NCBI RefSeq assembly: GCF_009914755.1
Contig: NC_060933.1
Strand: one strand, 5' to 3'
DNA from: the human T2T-CHM13v2.0 reference genome, Homo sapiens
Length of the DNA stretch: 64,000 bases
In this document: positions 13,901 through 29,599 of the stretch, piece by piece
How positions within the stretch are numbered: the stretch's first letter is position 1
How the letters are laid out: each line of letters opens with the position of its first letter
Notes under the pieces: model-generated
What the model was told of the DNA's origin: nothing
Databases searched by the model: none
The model's input: only the letters and a program-made list of their open reading frames with translations
Program-made: the position numbers and the translations under genes

Positions 13901-16900
13901 CCATTCAATTCCATTCCATTACAATTCGTTCCATTCCATTCTATTCCGTACCATTCCATTCCATTCCATAGCATTCCATTCCATTCCATTCCATTCCATT
14001 CCGTTCCATTCCGTTCCATTCCATTCCATTCCATTCTATTCGGATTAATTCCGTTCCATTCCATTCCATTCCATTCTATTCCATTCCATTGCAATCGAGT
14101 TGAATCCATTGCATTTCATTCCATTCCATTCCATTCCATTCCATTCCATTCCGGAAGATTCCATTCCATTGCATTCCATTCCATTCCATTCCCCTGCACT
14201 CACGTTGATTCCATTCCATTCCATTCCATTCCATTCCATTCCATTAAGTTCCGTTCCATTCCATTCCATTCCATTCCGTTCCGTTCCATTCCATTCCATT
14301 CCATTCTATTCGGGTTAATTCCATTCCATTCCATTCGATTGCAATCGAGTTGATTCCATTCCATTCCATTCCATTCCATTCCATTCCATTCCCTTCCTTT
14401 CCATTCCATTACGGATGATTCCATTCCATTGCATTCCATTCCATTCCATTCCCCTGTACTCGGGTTGATTCCATTCCATTCTATTCCAATCCATGCCATT
14501 ACACTCGTGTTGATTCCATTCTTTCCATTCCATTCAGGTGAATCCATTCCATTGCATTCCATTCCATTCCATTCCCCTGCAGTCGGGTTGATTCCATTCC
14601 ATTCCATTCCATTCCATTCCATTCCATTCCATTCCATTCCGTTCCGTTCCATTCCATTCCATTCCATTCTATTCGGGTTAATTCCATTCCATTCCATTCC
14701 ATTCCATTCCAATCGAGTTGATTCCATTCCATTCCATTCCATTCCATTCCACTCCATTCCAGTCCTTTCCATTCCATTCCACTCGGGTTGATTCCAATGT
14801 ATTCCTTTCCATTCCATTCCATTCCATTGCAATCGAGTTGATTCCATTGCTTTGCATTCCATTCCATTCCAATCCATTCCGGATGATTCCATTCCATTGC
14901 ATTCCGTTCCACTACGTTCCCCTGCACTCGGGTTGATTCCATTCCATTCCTTTCCATTCCATTCGATTCCATTCCATTCCTTTCCGTTCCATTCCATTCC
15001 ATTCCATTCCATTCCATTCCGTTCCGTTCCATTCCATTCCATTCCATTCTATTCGGGTTAATTCCATTCCATTCCATTCGATTGCAATCGAGTTGATTCC
15101 ATTCCATTCCATTCCATTCCATTCCATTCCATTCCAGTCCTTTCCATTCCTTTCCATTCCATTACTGATGATTCCATTCCATTGCATTCCATTCCATTCC
15201 ATTCCCCTGTACTCGGGTTGATTCCATTCCATTCCATTCCAATCCATGCCATTCCACTCGTGTTGATTCCATTCTTTCCTTTCCATTCAAGTTGAATCCA
15301 TTCCATTGCATTCCATTCCATTTGAATCCATTCAATTGCACTCGGGTTGATTCCATTCCATTGCATTCCATTCCATTCCATTCCATTCCATTCCATTCCC
15401 TTCCATTCCACTCTGGTTGATTCCATTCCTTTCCATTCCACTCGAATACATTCCCTCCTATTCCACTCAGAACGATTCCATTCCATTCCATTCCATTCCA
15501 TTCCATTCCATTCCATTCTATTCCATTCCATTGTACTCATGTTGATTCCATTCCATTGCATTCCATTCCATTCCATTCCATTCCATTCCATTCCATTCCG
15601 TTGCATTCCATTCCATTACATTCGGATTGATTCTATTCAACTCCCTTACTCTCCATTACATTGCATTCCATTGGGGTTGTTCCATTCCATTCCATTCCAT
15701 TCCACTCCATTCCATTGCACTCGCGTTGATTCCATTCCATTCCATTCCATTCCATTCCATTCCATTCCATTCCGGATGATTCCATTCCATTGCATTCCGT
15801 TCCATTACATTCCCCTGCACTCGCGTTGATTCCATTCCATTCCATTCAATTCCATTCAATTCCATTCCATTACAATTCGTTCCATTCCATTCTATTCCGT
15901 ACCATTCCATTCCATTCCATACCATTCCATTCCATTCCATTCCATTCCGTTCCATTCCGTTCCATTCCATTCCATTCCATTCTATTCGGATTAATTCCAT
16001 TCCATTGCATTCCATTCCATTCTATTCCATTCCATTGAAATCGAGTTGAATCCATTGCATTTCATTCCATTCCATTCCATTCCATTCCATTCCGGAAGAT
16101 TCCATTCCATTGCATTCCATTCCATTCCATTCCCCTGCACTCGCGTTGATTCCATTCCATTCCATTCCATTCCATTCCGTTCCATTCCATTCCATTCCAT
16201 TCCATTCCATTCCGTTCCATTCCATTCCATTCCATTCCATTGCATTCCGTTCCGTTCCATTCCATTCCATTCCATTCTATTCGGGTTAATTCCATTCCAT
16301 TCCATTCGATTGCAATCGAGTTGATTCCATTCCATTCCATTCCATTCCATTCCATTCCATTCCATTCCTTTCCATTCCATAACGGATGATTCCATTCCAT
16401 TGCATTCCATTCCATTCCATTCCCCTGTACTCAGGTTGATTCCATTCCATTCCATTCCAATCCATGCCGTTCCACTCGTGTTGATTCCATTCTTTCCATT
16501 CCATTCAAGTTGAATCCAATCCATTGCATTCAATTCAATTCGATTCCATTCGATTGCACTCGGGTTGATTGCATTCCATTGCATTCCATTCCATTCCATT
16601 CCATTCCATTCCATTCCATTCCATTCCGTTCCATTCCATTCCTTTACATTCGGATTGATTCTATTCAATTCCCTTACACTCCATTACATTCCATTCCATT
16701 CGGGTAGTTTCCATTCCATTCCATTCCATTCCTCTCCATTGCATTGCAATCGGGTTGATTCCATTCCATTGCATTCCATTCCATTCCATTCAATTCCACT
16801 CCATTCCATTCCATTCCATTACATTCGGATTGATTCTATTCAACTCCCTTACTCTCCATTACATTCCATTCCATTCGGGTTGTTCCATTCCATTCCATTC

Positions 16901-19900
16901 CATTCCACTCCATTCCATTGCACTCGGGTTGATTCCATTCTATTCCATTCCATTCCATTCCATTCCGGAAGATTCCATTCCATTGCATTCCATTCCATTC
17001 CATTCCATTGCACTCGCGTTGATTCCATTCCATTCCATTCCATTCCATTCCATTCCATTCCATTCCATTCCTTTCCGTTCCATTCCATTCCATTCCATTC
17101 CAATCCATTCCATTCCGTTCTGTTCCGTTCCATTCCATTCCATTCCATTCTATTCGGGTTAATTCCATTCGATTCCATTCGATTGCAATCGAGTTGATTC
17201 CATTCCATTCTATTCCATTCCATTCCATTGCATTCCATTCCTTTCCATTCCATTCCATTACGGATGATTCCATTCCATTGCATTCCATTCCATTCCATTC
17301 CCCTGTACTCGGGTTGATTCCATTCCATTCCATTCCAATCCATGCCATTCCACTCGTGTTGATTCCATTCTTTCCATTCCATTGAAGTTGAATCCATTCC
17401 ATTGCATTCTATTCCATTCCATTCCCCTGCAGTCGGGTTGATTCCATTCCATTCCATTACATTCCATTCCATTCCATTCCGTTCCGTTCCATTCCATTCC
17501 ATTCCATTCTATTCGGGTTAATCCCATTCCATTCCATTCCAATCGAGTTGATTCCATTCCATTCCATTCCATTCCATTCCACTCCATTCCAGTCCTTTCC
17601 ATTCCATTCCACTCGGGTTGATTCCAATGTATTCCTTTCCATTCCATTCCATTCCATTGCAATCGAGTTGATTCCATTGCTTTGCATTCCATTCCATTCC
17701 ATTCCATTCCGGATGATTCCATTCCATTGCATTCCATTCCATTCCATTCCCCTGCACTCGGGTTGCTTCCATTCCATTCCAGTCCATTCCGCTCCATTCC
17801 ATTCCATTCCAATGTATTCGGGTTAATTCCATTCCATTCCATTCCATTCCATTCCATTCCATTACAATCGAGTTGATTCCATTCCATTCCATTCCATTCC
17901 AGTCCTTTCCATTCCATTCCACTCGGGTTGATTCCATTCTATTAGTTTCCATTCCATTCCATTCCCTTCCATTCCACTCTGGTTGATACCATTCCTTTCC
18001 ATTCCACTCGTATACATTCCCTCCTATTCCACTCGGAACGATTCCATTCCATTCCATTCCATTCCATTCCATTCCATTCCATTCCATTCCATTTCGTTCC
18101 ATTCCATTCTATTCCGTATCATTCCATTCCATTCCATTCCATTCCATTCCATTCCATTCCATTCCATTGTACTCGGGTTGATTCAATTCCATTGCATTCC
18201 ATTCCATTCCATTCCATTCCATTCCATTCCATTCCGTTGCATTCCATTCCATTACATTCGGATTGATTCTATTCAACTCCCTTACTCTCCGTTACATTCC
18301 ATTGCACTCGGGTTGATTCCATTCCATTCCATTACTTTCCATTCCATTCCATTCCATTCCGGATGATTCCATTCCATTGCATTCCGTTCCATTACATTCC
18401 CTTGCACTCGCGTTGATTCCATTCCATTCCATTCCATTCCATTCAATTCCATTCCATTACAATTCGTTCCATTCCATTCTATTCCGTACCATTCCATTCC
18501 ATTCCATACCATTCCATTCCATTCCATTCCATTCCATTCCGTTCCATTCTGTTCCATTCCATTCCATTCCATTCTATTCGGATTAATTCCATTCCATTCC
18601 ATTCCATTCCATTCTATTCCATTCCATTGCAATCGATTTGAATCCATTGCATTTCGTTCCATTCCATTTCATTCCATTCCATTCCGGAAGATTCCATTCT
18701 ATTACATTCCATTCCATTCCATTCCCCTACAGTCGCGTTGATTCCATTCCATTCCATTCCATTCCATTCCATTCCATTCCATTCCGTTCCGTTCCATTCC
18801 ATTCCATTCCATTCCATTTCATTCCGTTCCGTTCCATTCTATTCCATTCCATTCCATTCTATTCGGGTTAATTCCATTCCATTCCATTCTATTGCACTCG
18901 GGTTGATTCCATTCCATTGCATTCCATTCCATTCCATTCCATTCCATTCCATTCCATTCCATTACATTCGGATTGATTCTATTCAATTCCCTTACACTTC
19001 ATTACATTCCATTCCATTCGGGTAGTTTCCATTCCATTCCATTCCATTCCTCTCCATTCCATTGCACTCGGGTTGGTTCCATTCCATTGCATTCCATTCC
19101 ATTCCATTCCATTCCATTCCATTCCATTCCATTCCATTCCATTACATTCGGATTGATTTTATTCAACTCCCTTACTCTCCATTACATTCCATTCCATTCG
19201 GGTTGTTCCATTCCATTCCATTCCATTCCACTCCATTCCATTGCACTCGGGTTGATTCCATTCCATTCCATTCCATTCCATTCCATTCCATTCCATTCCA
19301 ATCGAGTTGATTCCATTCCATTCCATTCCATTCCATTCCACTCCATTCCAGTCCTTTCCATTCCATTCCACTCGGGTTGATTCCAATGTATTCCTTTCAA
19401 TTCCATTCCATTCCATTGCAATCGAGTTGATTCCATTGCTTTGCATTCCATTCCATTCCATTCCATTCCGGATGATTCCATTCCATTGCATTCCATTCCA
19501 TTCCATTCACCTGCACTCGGGTTGATTCCATTCCATTCCACTCCATGCCGTTCCATTCCATTCCATTCCATTGTATTCGGGTTAATTCCATTCCATTCCA
19601 TTCCATTCCATTCCATTCCATTACAATCGAGTTGATTCCATTCCTTTCCATTCCATTCCAGTCCTTTCCATTCCATTCCACTCGGGTTGATTCCATTCTA
19701 TTAGTTTCCATTCCATTCCATTCCCTTCCATTCCACTCTTGTTGATACCATTTCTTTCCATTCCACTCGAATACATTCCCTCCTATTCCACTCGGAACGA
19801 TTCCATTCCATTCCATTCCATTCCATTCCATTCCATTTCGTTCCATTCCATTCTATTCCGTATCATTCCATTCCATTCCATTCCATTCCATTCCATTCCA

Positions 19901-22699
19901 TTCCATTGTACTCAGGTTGATTCAATTCCATTGCATTCCATTCCATTCCATTCCATTCCATTCCATTCCGTTGCATTCCATTCCATTGTATTCGGATTGA
20001 TTCTATTCAACTCCCTTACTCTCCATTACATTCCATTCCATTCGGGTTGTTCCATTCCATTCCATTCCATTCCAGTCCATTCCATTGCACTCGGGTTGAT
20101 TCCATTCCATTCCATTCCATTTCATTCCATTCCATTCCATTCCGGATGATTCCATTCCATTGCATTCCATTCCATTCCCCTGCACTCGGGTTGATTCCAT
20201 TCCATTCCATTCCATTACATTCCATTCCATTCCATTCCGGATGATTCCATTCCATTGCATTCCGTTCCATTACATTCCCCTGCACTCGCGTTGATTCCAT
20301 TCCATTCCATTCAATTCCATTCCATTACAATTCGTTCCATTCCATTCTATTCCGTACCATTGCATTCCATTGCATACCATTCCATTCCATTCCATTCCAT
20401 TCCATTCCGTTCCATTCCATTCCATTCCATTCTATTCGGATTAATTCCATTCCATTCCATTCCATTCCATTCTATTCCATTCCATTGCAATCGAGTTGAA
20501 TCCATTGCATTTCATTCCATTCCATTCCATTCCATTCCTTTCCGGAAGATTCCATTCCATTGCATTCCATTCCATTCCATTCCCCTGCACTCGCGTTGAT
20601 TCCATTCCATTCCATTCCATTCCATTCCATTCCGTTCCGTTCCATTCCATTCCATTCCATTCCATTCCATTCCATTCCATTCCGTTCCGTTCCATTCCAT
20701 TCCATTCCATTCTATTCGGGTTAATTCCATTCCATTCCATTCGATTTCAATCGAGTTGATTCCATTCCATTCTATTCCATTCCATTCCATTCCATTCCAT
20801 TCCTTTCCATTCCATTACGGATGATTCCATTCCATTGCATTCCATTCCATTCCATTCCCCTGTACTCGGGTTGATTCCATTCCATTCTATTCCAATCCAT
20901 GCCATTCCACTCGTGTTGATTCCATTCTTTCCATTCCATTCAAGTTGAATCCATTCCATTGCATTCCATTCCATTCCAAACCCCTGCAGTCGGGTTGATT
21001 CCATTCCATTCCATTCCATTCCATTCTATTCCATTCCATTCCGTTCCGTTCCGTTCCATTCCATTCCATTCCATTCTATTCGGGTTAATTCCATTCCATT
21101 CCATTCCATTCCATTCCAATCGAGTTGATTCCATTCCATTCCATTCCATTCCATTCCACTCCATTCCAGTCCTTTCCATTCCATTCCACTCGGGTTGATT
21201 CCAATGTATTCCTTTCAATTCCATTCCATTCCTTTGCAATCGAGTTGATTCCATTGCTTTGCATTCCATTCCATTCCATTCCATTCCGGATGATTCCATT
21301 CCATTGCATTCCATTCCATTCCATTCCCCTGCACTCCGGTTGATTCCATTCCGTTCCACTCCATTCCGTTCCATTCCATTCCATTCCATTGTATGCGGGT
21401 TAATTCCATTCCATTCCATTCCATTCCATTACATTACATTCCCCTGCACTCGCGTTGATTCCATTCCATTCCATTCCATTCCATTCCATTCAATTCCATT
21501 CCATTACAATTCGTTCCATTCCATTCTATTCCGTACCATTCCATTCCATTCCATACCATTCCATTCCATTCCATTCCGTTCCATTCCGTTCCATTCCATT
21601 CCATTCCATTCTATTCGGATTAATTCCATTCCATTCCATTCCGTTCCATTCTATTCCATTCCATTGCAATTGAGTTGAATCCATTGCATTTCATTCCATT
21701 CCATTCAATTCCATTCCATTCCGTAAGATTCCATTCCATTGCATTCCATTCCATTCCATTCCCCTGCACTCGCGTTGATTCCATTCCATTCCATTCCATT
21801 CCATTCCACTCCTTTCCGTTCCGTTCCATTCCATTCCATTCCATTCCATTCCATTCCGTTCCGTTCCATTCCGTTCCATTCCATTCTATTCAGGTTAATT
21901 CCATTCCATTCCATTCGATTGCAATCGAGTTGATTCCATTCCATTCCATTCCATTCCATTCCATTCCTTTGCATTCCATTACGGATGATTCCATTCAATT
22001 GCATTCCATTCCATTCCATTCCCCTGTACTCGGGTTGATTCCATTCCATTCCATTCCAATCCATGCCATTCCACTCGTGTTGATTCCATTCTTTCCTTTC
22101 CATTCAAGTTGAATCCATTCCATTGCATTCCATTCCATTCGATTCCATTCTATTGCACTCGGGTTGATTCCATTCCATTGCATTCCATTCCATTCCATTC
22201 CATTCCATTCCATTCCATTCCATTCCATTCCGTTCCATTCCATTCCATTACATTCGGATTTATTCTATTCAACTCCGTTACTCTCCATTATATTCCATTC
22301 CATTCGGGTTGTTCCATTCCATTCCATTCCATTCCACTCCATTCCAATCGAGTTGATTCCATTCCATTGCATTCCATTCCATTCCATTCCCCTGCACTCG
22401 CGTTGATTCCATTCCATTCCATTCCATTCCATTCCATTCCATTCCTTTCCGTTCCATTCCATTCCATTCCATTCCAATCCATTCCATTCCTTTCCGTTCC
22501 GTTCCATTCCATTCCATTCCATTCTATTCGGGTTAATTCCATTCCATTCCATTCGATTGCAATCGAGTTGATTCCATTCCATTCCATTCCATTCCATTCC
22601 ATTCCATTCCTTTCCATTCCATTACGGATGATTCCATTCCATTGCATTCCATTCCATTCCATTCCCCTGTACTCGGGTTGATTCCATTCCATTCCATTC

Positions 22700-22788
22700 C
22701 AATCCATGCCATTCCACTCGTGTTGATTCCATTCTTTCCATTCCAATCCATGCCATTCCACTCGTGTTGATTCCATTCTTTCCATTCC
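22700..22788. repeat. 44 bp perfect tandem duplication
   Basis: AATCCATGCCATTCCACTCGTGTTGATTCCATTCTTTCCATTCC occurs at 22701 and again at 22745. Confidence 0.9.
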
Positions 22789-25700
22789 ATTCAAGTTGAA
22801 TCCATTCCATTGCATTCCATTCCATTCCATTCCCCTGCAGTCGGGTTGTTTCCATTCCATTCCATTCCATTCCATTCCATTCCATTCCGTTCCGTTCCAT
22901 TCCATTCCATTCCATTCTATTCGGGTTAATTCCATTCCATTCCATTCCATTCCATTCCATTCCATTCGAGTTGATTCCATTCCATTCCATTCCATTCCAC
23001 TCCATTCCAGTCCTTTCCATTCCATTCCACTCGGGTTGATTCCAATGTATTCCTTTCCATTCCATTCCATTCCGTTGCAATGGAGTTGATTCCATTGCTT
23101 TGCATTCCATTGCATTCCATTCCATTCCGGATGATTCCATTGCATTGCATTCCATTCCATTCCATTCCCCTGCACTCGGGTTGATTCCATTCCATTCCAC
23201 TCCATTCCGTTCCATTCCATTCCATTGCATTGTATTCGGGTTAATTCCATTCCATTCCATTCCTTTCCATTCCATTCCATTACAATCGAGTTGATTCCAT
23301 TCCATTCCATTCCATTCCAGTCCTTTCCATTCCATTCCTCTCGGGTTGATTCCATTCTATTAGTTTACATTCCTTTCCATTCCCTTCCATTCCACTCTGG
23401 TTGATTCCATTCCTTTCCATTCCACTCGAATACATTCCCTCCTATTCCACTCAGAACGATTCCATTCCATTCCATTCCATTCCATTCCATTCCATTCCAT
23501 TTCGTTCCATTCCATTCTATTCCGTATCATTCCATTCCATTCCATTCCATTCCATTCCATTCCATTCCATTCCATTCCATTGTACTCATGTTGATTCAAT
23601 TCCATTGCATTCCATTCCATTCCATTCCATACCATTCCGTTGCATTCCATTCCATTACATTCGGATTGATTCTATTCAACTCCCTTACTCTCCATTACAT
23701 TCCATTCCATTCGGGTTGTTCCATTCCATTCCACTCCATTCCATTGCACTCGGGTTGATTCCATTCCATTCCATTCCATTCCATTCCATTCCATTCCGGA
23801 TGATTCCATTCCATTGTATTCCGTTCTATTACATTCCCCTGCACTCGCGTTGATTCCATTCCATTCCATTCCATTCCATTCCATTCCATTCCATTCCATT
23901 CCGTTCCATTCCATTCCATTCCATTCTATTCGGGTTAATTCCATTCCATTCCATTCGATTGCAATCGAGTTGATTCCATTCCATTGCATTCCATTCCATT
24001 CCATTCCAGTCCTTTCCATTCCTTTCCATTCCATTACTGATGATTCCATTCCATTGCATTCCATTCCATTCCATTCCCCTGTACTCGGGTTGATTCCATT
24101 CCATTCCATTCCAATCCATGCCATTCCACTCGTGTTGATTCCATTCTTTCCATTCCATTCAAGTTGAATCCATTCCATTGCATTGCATTCCATTCGATTC
24201 CATTCGATTGCACTCGGGTTGATTCCATTCCATTGCATTCCATTTCATTCCATTCCATTCCATTCCGTTCCATTCCATTTCATTACATTCAGATTGATTG
24301 TTTTCAATTCCCTTACACTCCATTATATTCCAATCCATTCTGGTTGTTTCCATTCCATTCCATTCCATTTCACTCCATTCCATTGCACTCGGGTTGATTC
24401 CATTCCATTCCATTCCATTTCATTCCATTCCATTCCATTCCGGATGATTCCATTCCATTGCATTCCATTCCATTCCATTCCCCTGCACTCGGGTTGATTC
24501 CATTCCATTCCATTCCATTACATTCCGTTCCATTCCATTCCATTCCATTCGGATTGATTCTATTCAATTCCCTTACACTCCATTACATTCCATTCCGTTC
24601 GGGTAGTTTCCATTCCATTCCATTCCATTCCTCTCCATTACATTGCACTCGGGTTGATTCCATTCCATTCCATTCGATTACATTACATTCCATTACAATA
24701 CATTCCATTCCATTCCGTTCCATTGTACTCGGGTTGATTCCATTCCATTGCATTCCATTCCATTCCGTTCCATTCCATTACATTCGGATTGATTCTATTC
24801 AACTCCCTTACTCTCCATTATATTCCATTCCATTCGGGTTGTTCCATTCCATTGCATTCCATTCCACTCCATTCCATTGCACTCGGGTTGATTCCATTCC
24901 ATTCCATTCCATTCCATTCCATTCCATTCCATTCCGGATGATTCCATTCCATTGCATTCCGTTCCATTCCATTCCCCTGCACTCGGGTTGATTCAATTCT
25001 ATTCCATTACATTCGGATTGATTCTATTCAACTCCCTTAATCTCCATTACATTCCATTCCATTCGGGTTCTTCCATTCCATTCCATTGCATTCCACTCCA
25101 TTCCATTGCACTCAGGTTGATTCCATTCCATTCCATTCCATTCCATTCGATTCCATTCCATTCCATTCCATTCCATTCCATTCCATTCCGGATGATTAGA
25201 TTCCATTGCATTCCTTTCCATTCCATTCCCCTGTACTCGGGTTGATTCCATTCCATTCCATTCCAATCCATGCCATTCCACTCGTGTTGATTCCATTCTT
25301 TCCATTCCATTCAAGTTGAATCCATTCCATTGCTTTCCATTCCATTCCATTCCCCTGCAGTCGGGTTGATTCCATTCCATTCCATTCCATTCCATTCCAT
25401 TCCATTCCATTCCGTTCCCTTCCGTTCCATTCCATTCCTTTCTATTCGGGTTAATTCCATTCCATTCCATTCCATTCCATTCCATTCCAATCAAGTTGAT
25501 TCCATTCCATTCCATTCCATTCCATTCCATTCCACTCCATTCCAGTCCTTTCCATTCCATTCCACTCGGGTTGATTCCATTCTATTAGTTTCCATTCCAT
25601 TCCATTCCCTTCCATTCCACTCTGGTTGATACCATTCCTTTCCATTCCACTCGAATACATTCCCTCCTATTCCACTCGGAACGATTCCATTCCATTCCAT

Positions 25701-26990
25701 TCCATTCCATTCCATTCCATTCCATTTCGTTCCATTCCATTCTATTCCGTATCATTCCATTCCATTCCATTCCATTCCATTCCATTCCATTCCATTCCAT
25801 TCCATTCCATTGTACTCGGGTTGATTCAATTCCATTGCATTCCATTCCATTCCATTCCATTCCATTCCGTAGCATTCCATTCCATTACATTCGGATTGAT
25901 TCTATTCAACTCCCTTACTCTCCTTTACATTCCATTCTATTCGGGTTGTTCCATTCCATTCCATTCCATTCCACTCCATTCCATTGCACTCGGGTTGATT
26001 CCATTCCATTCCATTGCATTCCATTCCATTCCATTCCATTCCGGATGATTCCATTCCATTGCATTCCGTTCCATTACATTCCCTTGCCCTCGGGTTGATT
26101 CCATTCCATTCCATTCCATTCCATTCGATTCCATTCCATTCCAATTCTTTCCATTCCATTCTATTCCGTACCATGCTATTCCATTCCATACAATTCCATT
26201 CCATTCCCTTCCACTCCGTTCCGTTCCGTTCCGTTCTGTTCCGTTCCATTCCATTCCATTCCATTCTATTCGGGTTAATTCCATTCCATTCCATTCGATT
26301 GCAATCGAGTTGATTCCATTCCATTCCATTCCATTCCATTCCATTCCTTTCCATTCCATTACGGATGATTCCATTCCATTGCATTCCATTCCATTCCATT
26401 CCCCTGTACTCGGGTTGATTCCATTCCATTCCATTCCAATCCATGCCATTCCACTCGTGTTGATTCCATTCTTTCCATTCCATTCAAGTTGAATCCATTC
26501 CATTGCATTCCATTCCGTTCCATTCCCCTGCAGTCTGGTTGATTCCATTCCATTCCATTCCATTCCATTCCATTCCATTCCGTTCCGTTCCATTCCATTC
26601 CATTCCATTCTATTTGGGTTAATTCCATTCCATTCCATTCCATTCCATTCCATTCCATTCCAATCGAGTTGATTCCATTCCATTCCATTCCATTCCATTC
26701 CACTCCATTCCAGTCCTTTCCATTCCATTCCACTCTGGTTGATTCCAATGTATTCCTTTCTATTCCATTCCATTCCATTGCAATCGAGTTGATTCCATGG
26801 CTTTGCATTCCATTCCATTCCATTCCATTCCGGATGATTCCATTCCATTGCATTCCATTCCATTCCCTTCCCCTGCACTCGGGTTGATTCCATTCCATTC
26901 CACTCCATTCCGTTCCATTCCATTCCATTCCATTGTGTTCTGGTTAATTCCATTCCATTCCATTCCATTCCATTCCATTCCATTCCATTC

Positions 26991-27440
26991 CATTACAATC
27001 GAGTTGATTCCATTCCATTCCATTCCATTCCAGTCCTTTCCATTCCATTCCACTCGGGTTGATTCCATTCTATTAGTTTCCATTCCATTCCATTCCCTTC
27101 CATTCCACTCTGGTTGATTCCATTCCTTTCCATTCCACTCGAAAACATTCCCTCCTATTCCACTCGGAACGCTTCCATTCCATTCCATTCCATTCCATTC
27201 CATTCCATTCCATTCCATTACAATCGAGTTGATTCCATTCCATTCCATTCCATTCCAGTCCTTTCCATTCCATTCCACTCGGGTTGATTCCATTCTATTA
27301 GTTTCCATTGCATTCCATTCCCTTCCATTCCACTCTGGTTGATACCATTCCTTTCCATTCCACTCGAATACATTCCCTCCTATTCCACTCGGAACGATTC
27401 CATTCCATTCCATTCCATTCCATTCCATTCCATTCCATTT
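26991..27440. repeat. 225 bp tandem duplication of the TACAATCGAG...TAGTTT...GGAACG cassette
   Basis: CATTACAATC occurs at 26991/27216 and GAA(A/T)ACATTCCCTCCT at 27141/27366. Confidence 0.9.
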
Positions 27441-29599
27441 CGTTCCATTCCATTCTATTCCGTATCATTCCATTCCATTCCATTTGATTCCATTCCATTG
27501 CATTCCATTCCATTCCATTCCATTCCATTCCGTTGCATTCCATTCCATTACATTCGGATTGATTCTATTCAACTCCCTTACTCTCCATTACATTCCATTC
27601 CATTCGGGTTGTTCCATTCCATTCCATTCCATTCCACTCCATTCCATTGCACTCGGGTTGGTTCCATTCCATTCCATTCCATTCCATTCCATTCCATTCC
27701 ATTCCGTTCCGGATGATTCCATTCCATTGCATTCCGTTCCATTACATTCCCCTGCACTCGGGTTTATTCCTTTCCATTGCATTCCATTCCATTCCATTCC
27801 ATTCCATTCCATTCCATTCCATTCCATTCTGTTCCATTCCATTACATTCGGATTGATTCTATTCAACTCCCTTACTCTCCATTACATTCCATTCCATTCG
27901 GGTTGTTCCATTCCATTCCATTCCATTCCACTCCATTCCATTGCGCTCGGGTTGATTCCATTCCATTCCATTCCATTCCGGATGATTCCATTCCATTGCA
28001 TTCCGTTCCATTACATTCCCCTGCACTCGGGTTGATTCCATTCCATTCAATTCCATTCCTTTCGATTCCATTCCATTCCAATTCTTTCCATTCCATTCTA
28101 TTCCGTACCATTCCATTCCATTCCATACAATTCCATTCCATTCCATTCCACTCTGTTCCGTTCCGTTCCGTTCTGTTCCGTTCCATTCCATTCCATTCCA
28201 TTCTATTCGGTTTAATTCCATTCCATTCCATTCCATTCCATTCCATTCCATTCCATTCTATTCTATTCCATTCCATTGCAATCGAGTTGAATCCATTGCA
28301 TTCCATTCCATTCCATTCCATTCCATTCCATTCAATTCCGGAAGATTCCATTCCATTGCATTCCATTCCATTCCATTCCATTCCATTCCATTCCATTCCA
28401 TTCCATTCCATTCCATTCCATTGTACTCGGGTTGATTCCATTCCATTGCATTCCATTCCATTCCATTCCATTCCATTCCATTGCGTTCCATTCCATTCCA
28501 TTACATTCGGATTGATACTTTTCAACTCCCTTACTCTCCATTACATTCCATTCCATTCGGGTTGTTCCATTCCATTCCTTTCCATTGCACTTCATTCCAT
28601 TGCACTCTGGTTGATTCCTTTCCATTCCATTCCGTTCCATTCCGGATGATTCCATTCCATTGCATTCCGTTCCATTACGTTCCCCTGCACTCGGGTTGAT
28701 TCCATTCCATTACTTTCCATTCCATTCGATTCCATTCCATTCCCCTGCACTCGCGTTGATTCCATTGCATTCCATTCCGTTCCATTCCATTCCATTCCAT
28801 TCCTTTCCGTTCCATTCCATTCCATTCCATTCCATTCCATTCCATTCCATTCCATTCCGTTCCTTTCCATTCCATTGCATTCCATTATATTCGGGTTAAT
28901 TCCATTCCATTCCATTCGATTGCAGTCGAGTTGATTCCATTCCATTCCATTCCATTCCATTCCATTCCATTCCATTCCATTCCAGTCCTTTCCATTCCTT
29001 TCCATTCCATTACTGATGATTCCATTCCATTGCATTCCATTCCATTCCATTCCCCTGTACTCGGGTTGATTCCATTCCATTCCATTCCAATCCATGGCAT
29101 TCCACTCGTGTTGATTCCATTCTTTCCTTTCCATTCAAGTTGAATCCATTCCATTGCATTCCATTCCATTTGATTCCATTCGATTGCACTCGGGTTGATT
29201 CCATTCCATTGCATTCCATTCCATTCCATTCCATTCCATTCCATTCCCTTCCATTCCACTCTGGTTGATTCCATTCCTTTCCATTCCACTCGAATACATT
29301 CCCTCCTATTCCACTCGGAACGATTCCAATCCATTCCATTCCATTCCATTCCATTCCATTCCATTCCATTCCATTCCATTTCGTTCCATTCCATTCTATT
29401 CCGTATCATTCCATTCCATTCCATTCCATTCCATTCCATTCCATTCCATTGTACTCGTGTTGATTCCATTCCATTGCATTCCATTCCATTCCATTCCATT
29501 CCATTCCATTCCGTTGCATTCCATTCCATTACATTCGGATTGATTCTATTCAACTCCTTTACTCTCCATTACGTTGCATTCCATTGGGGTTGTTCCATT

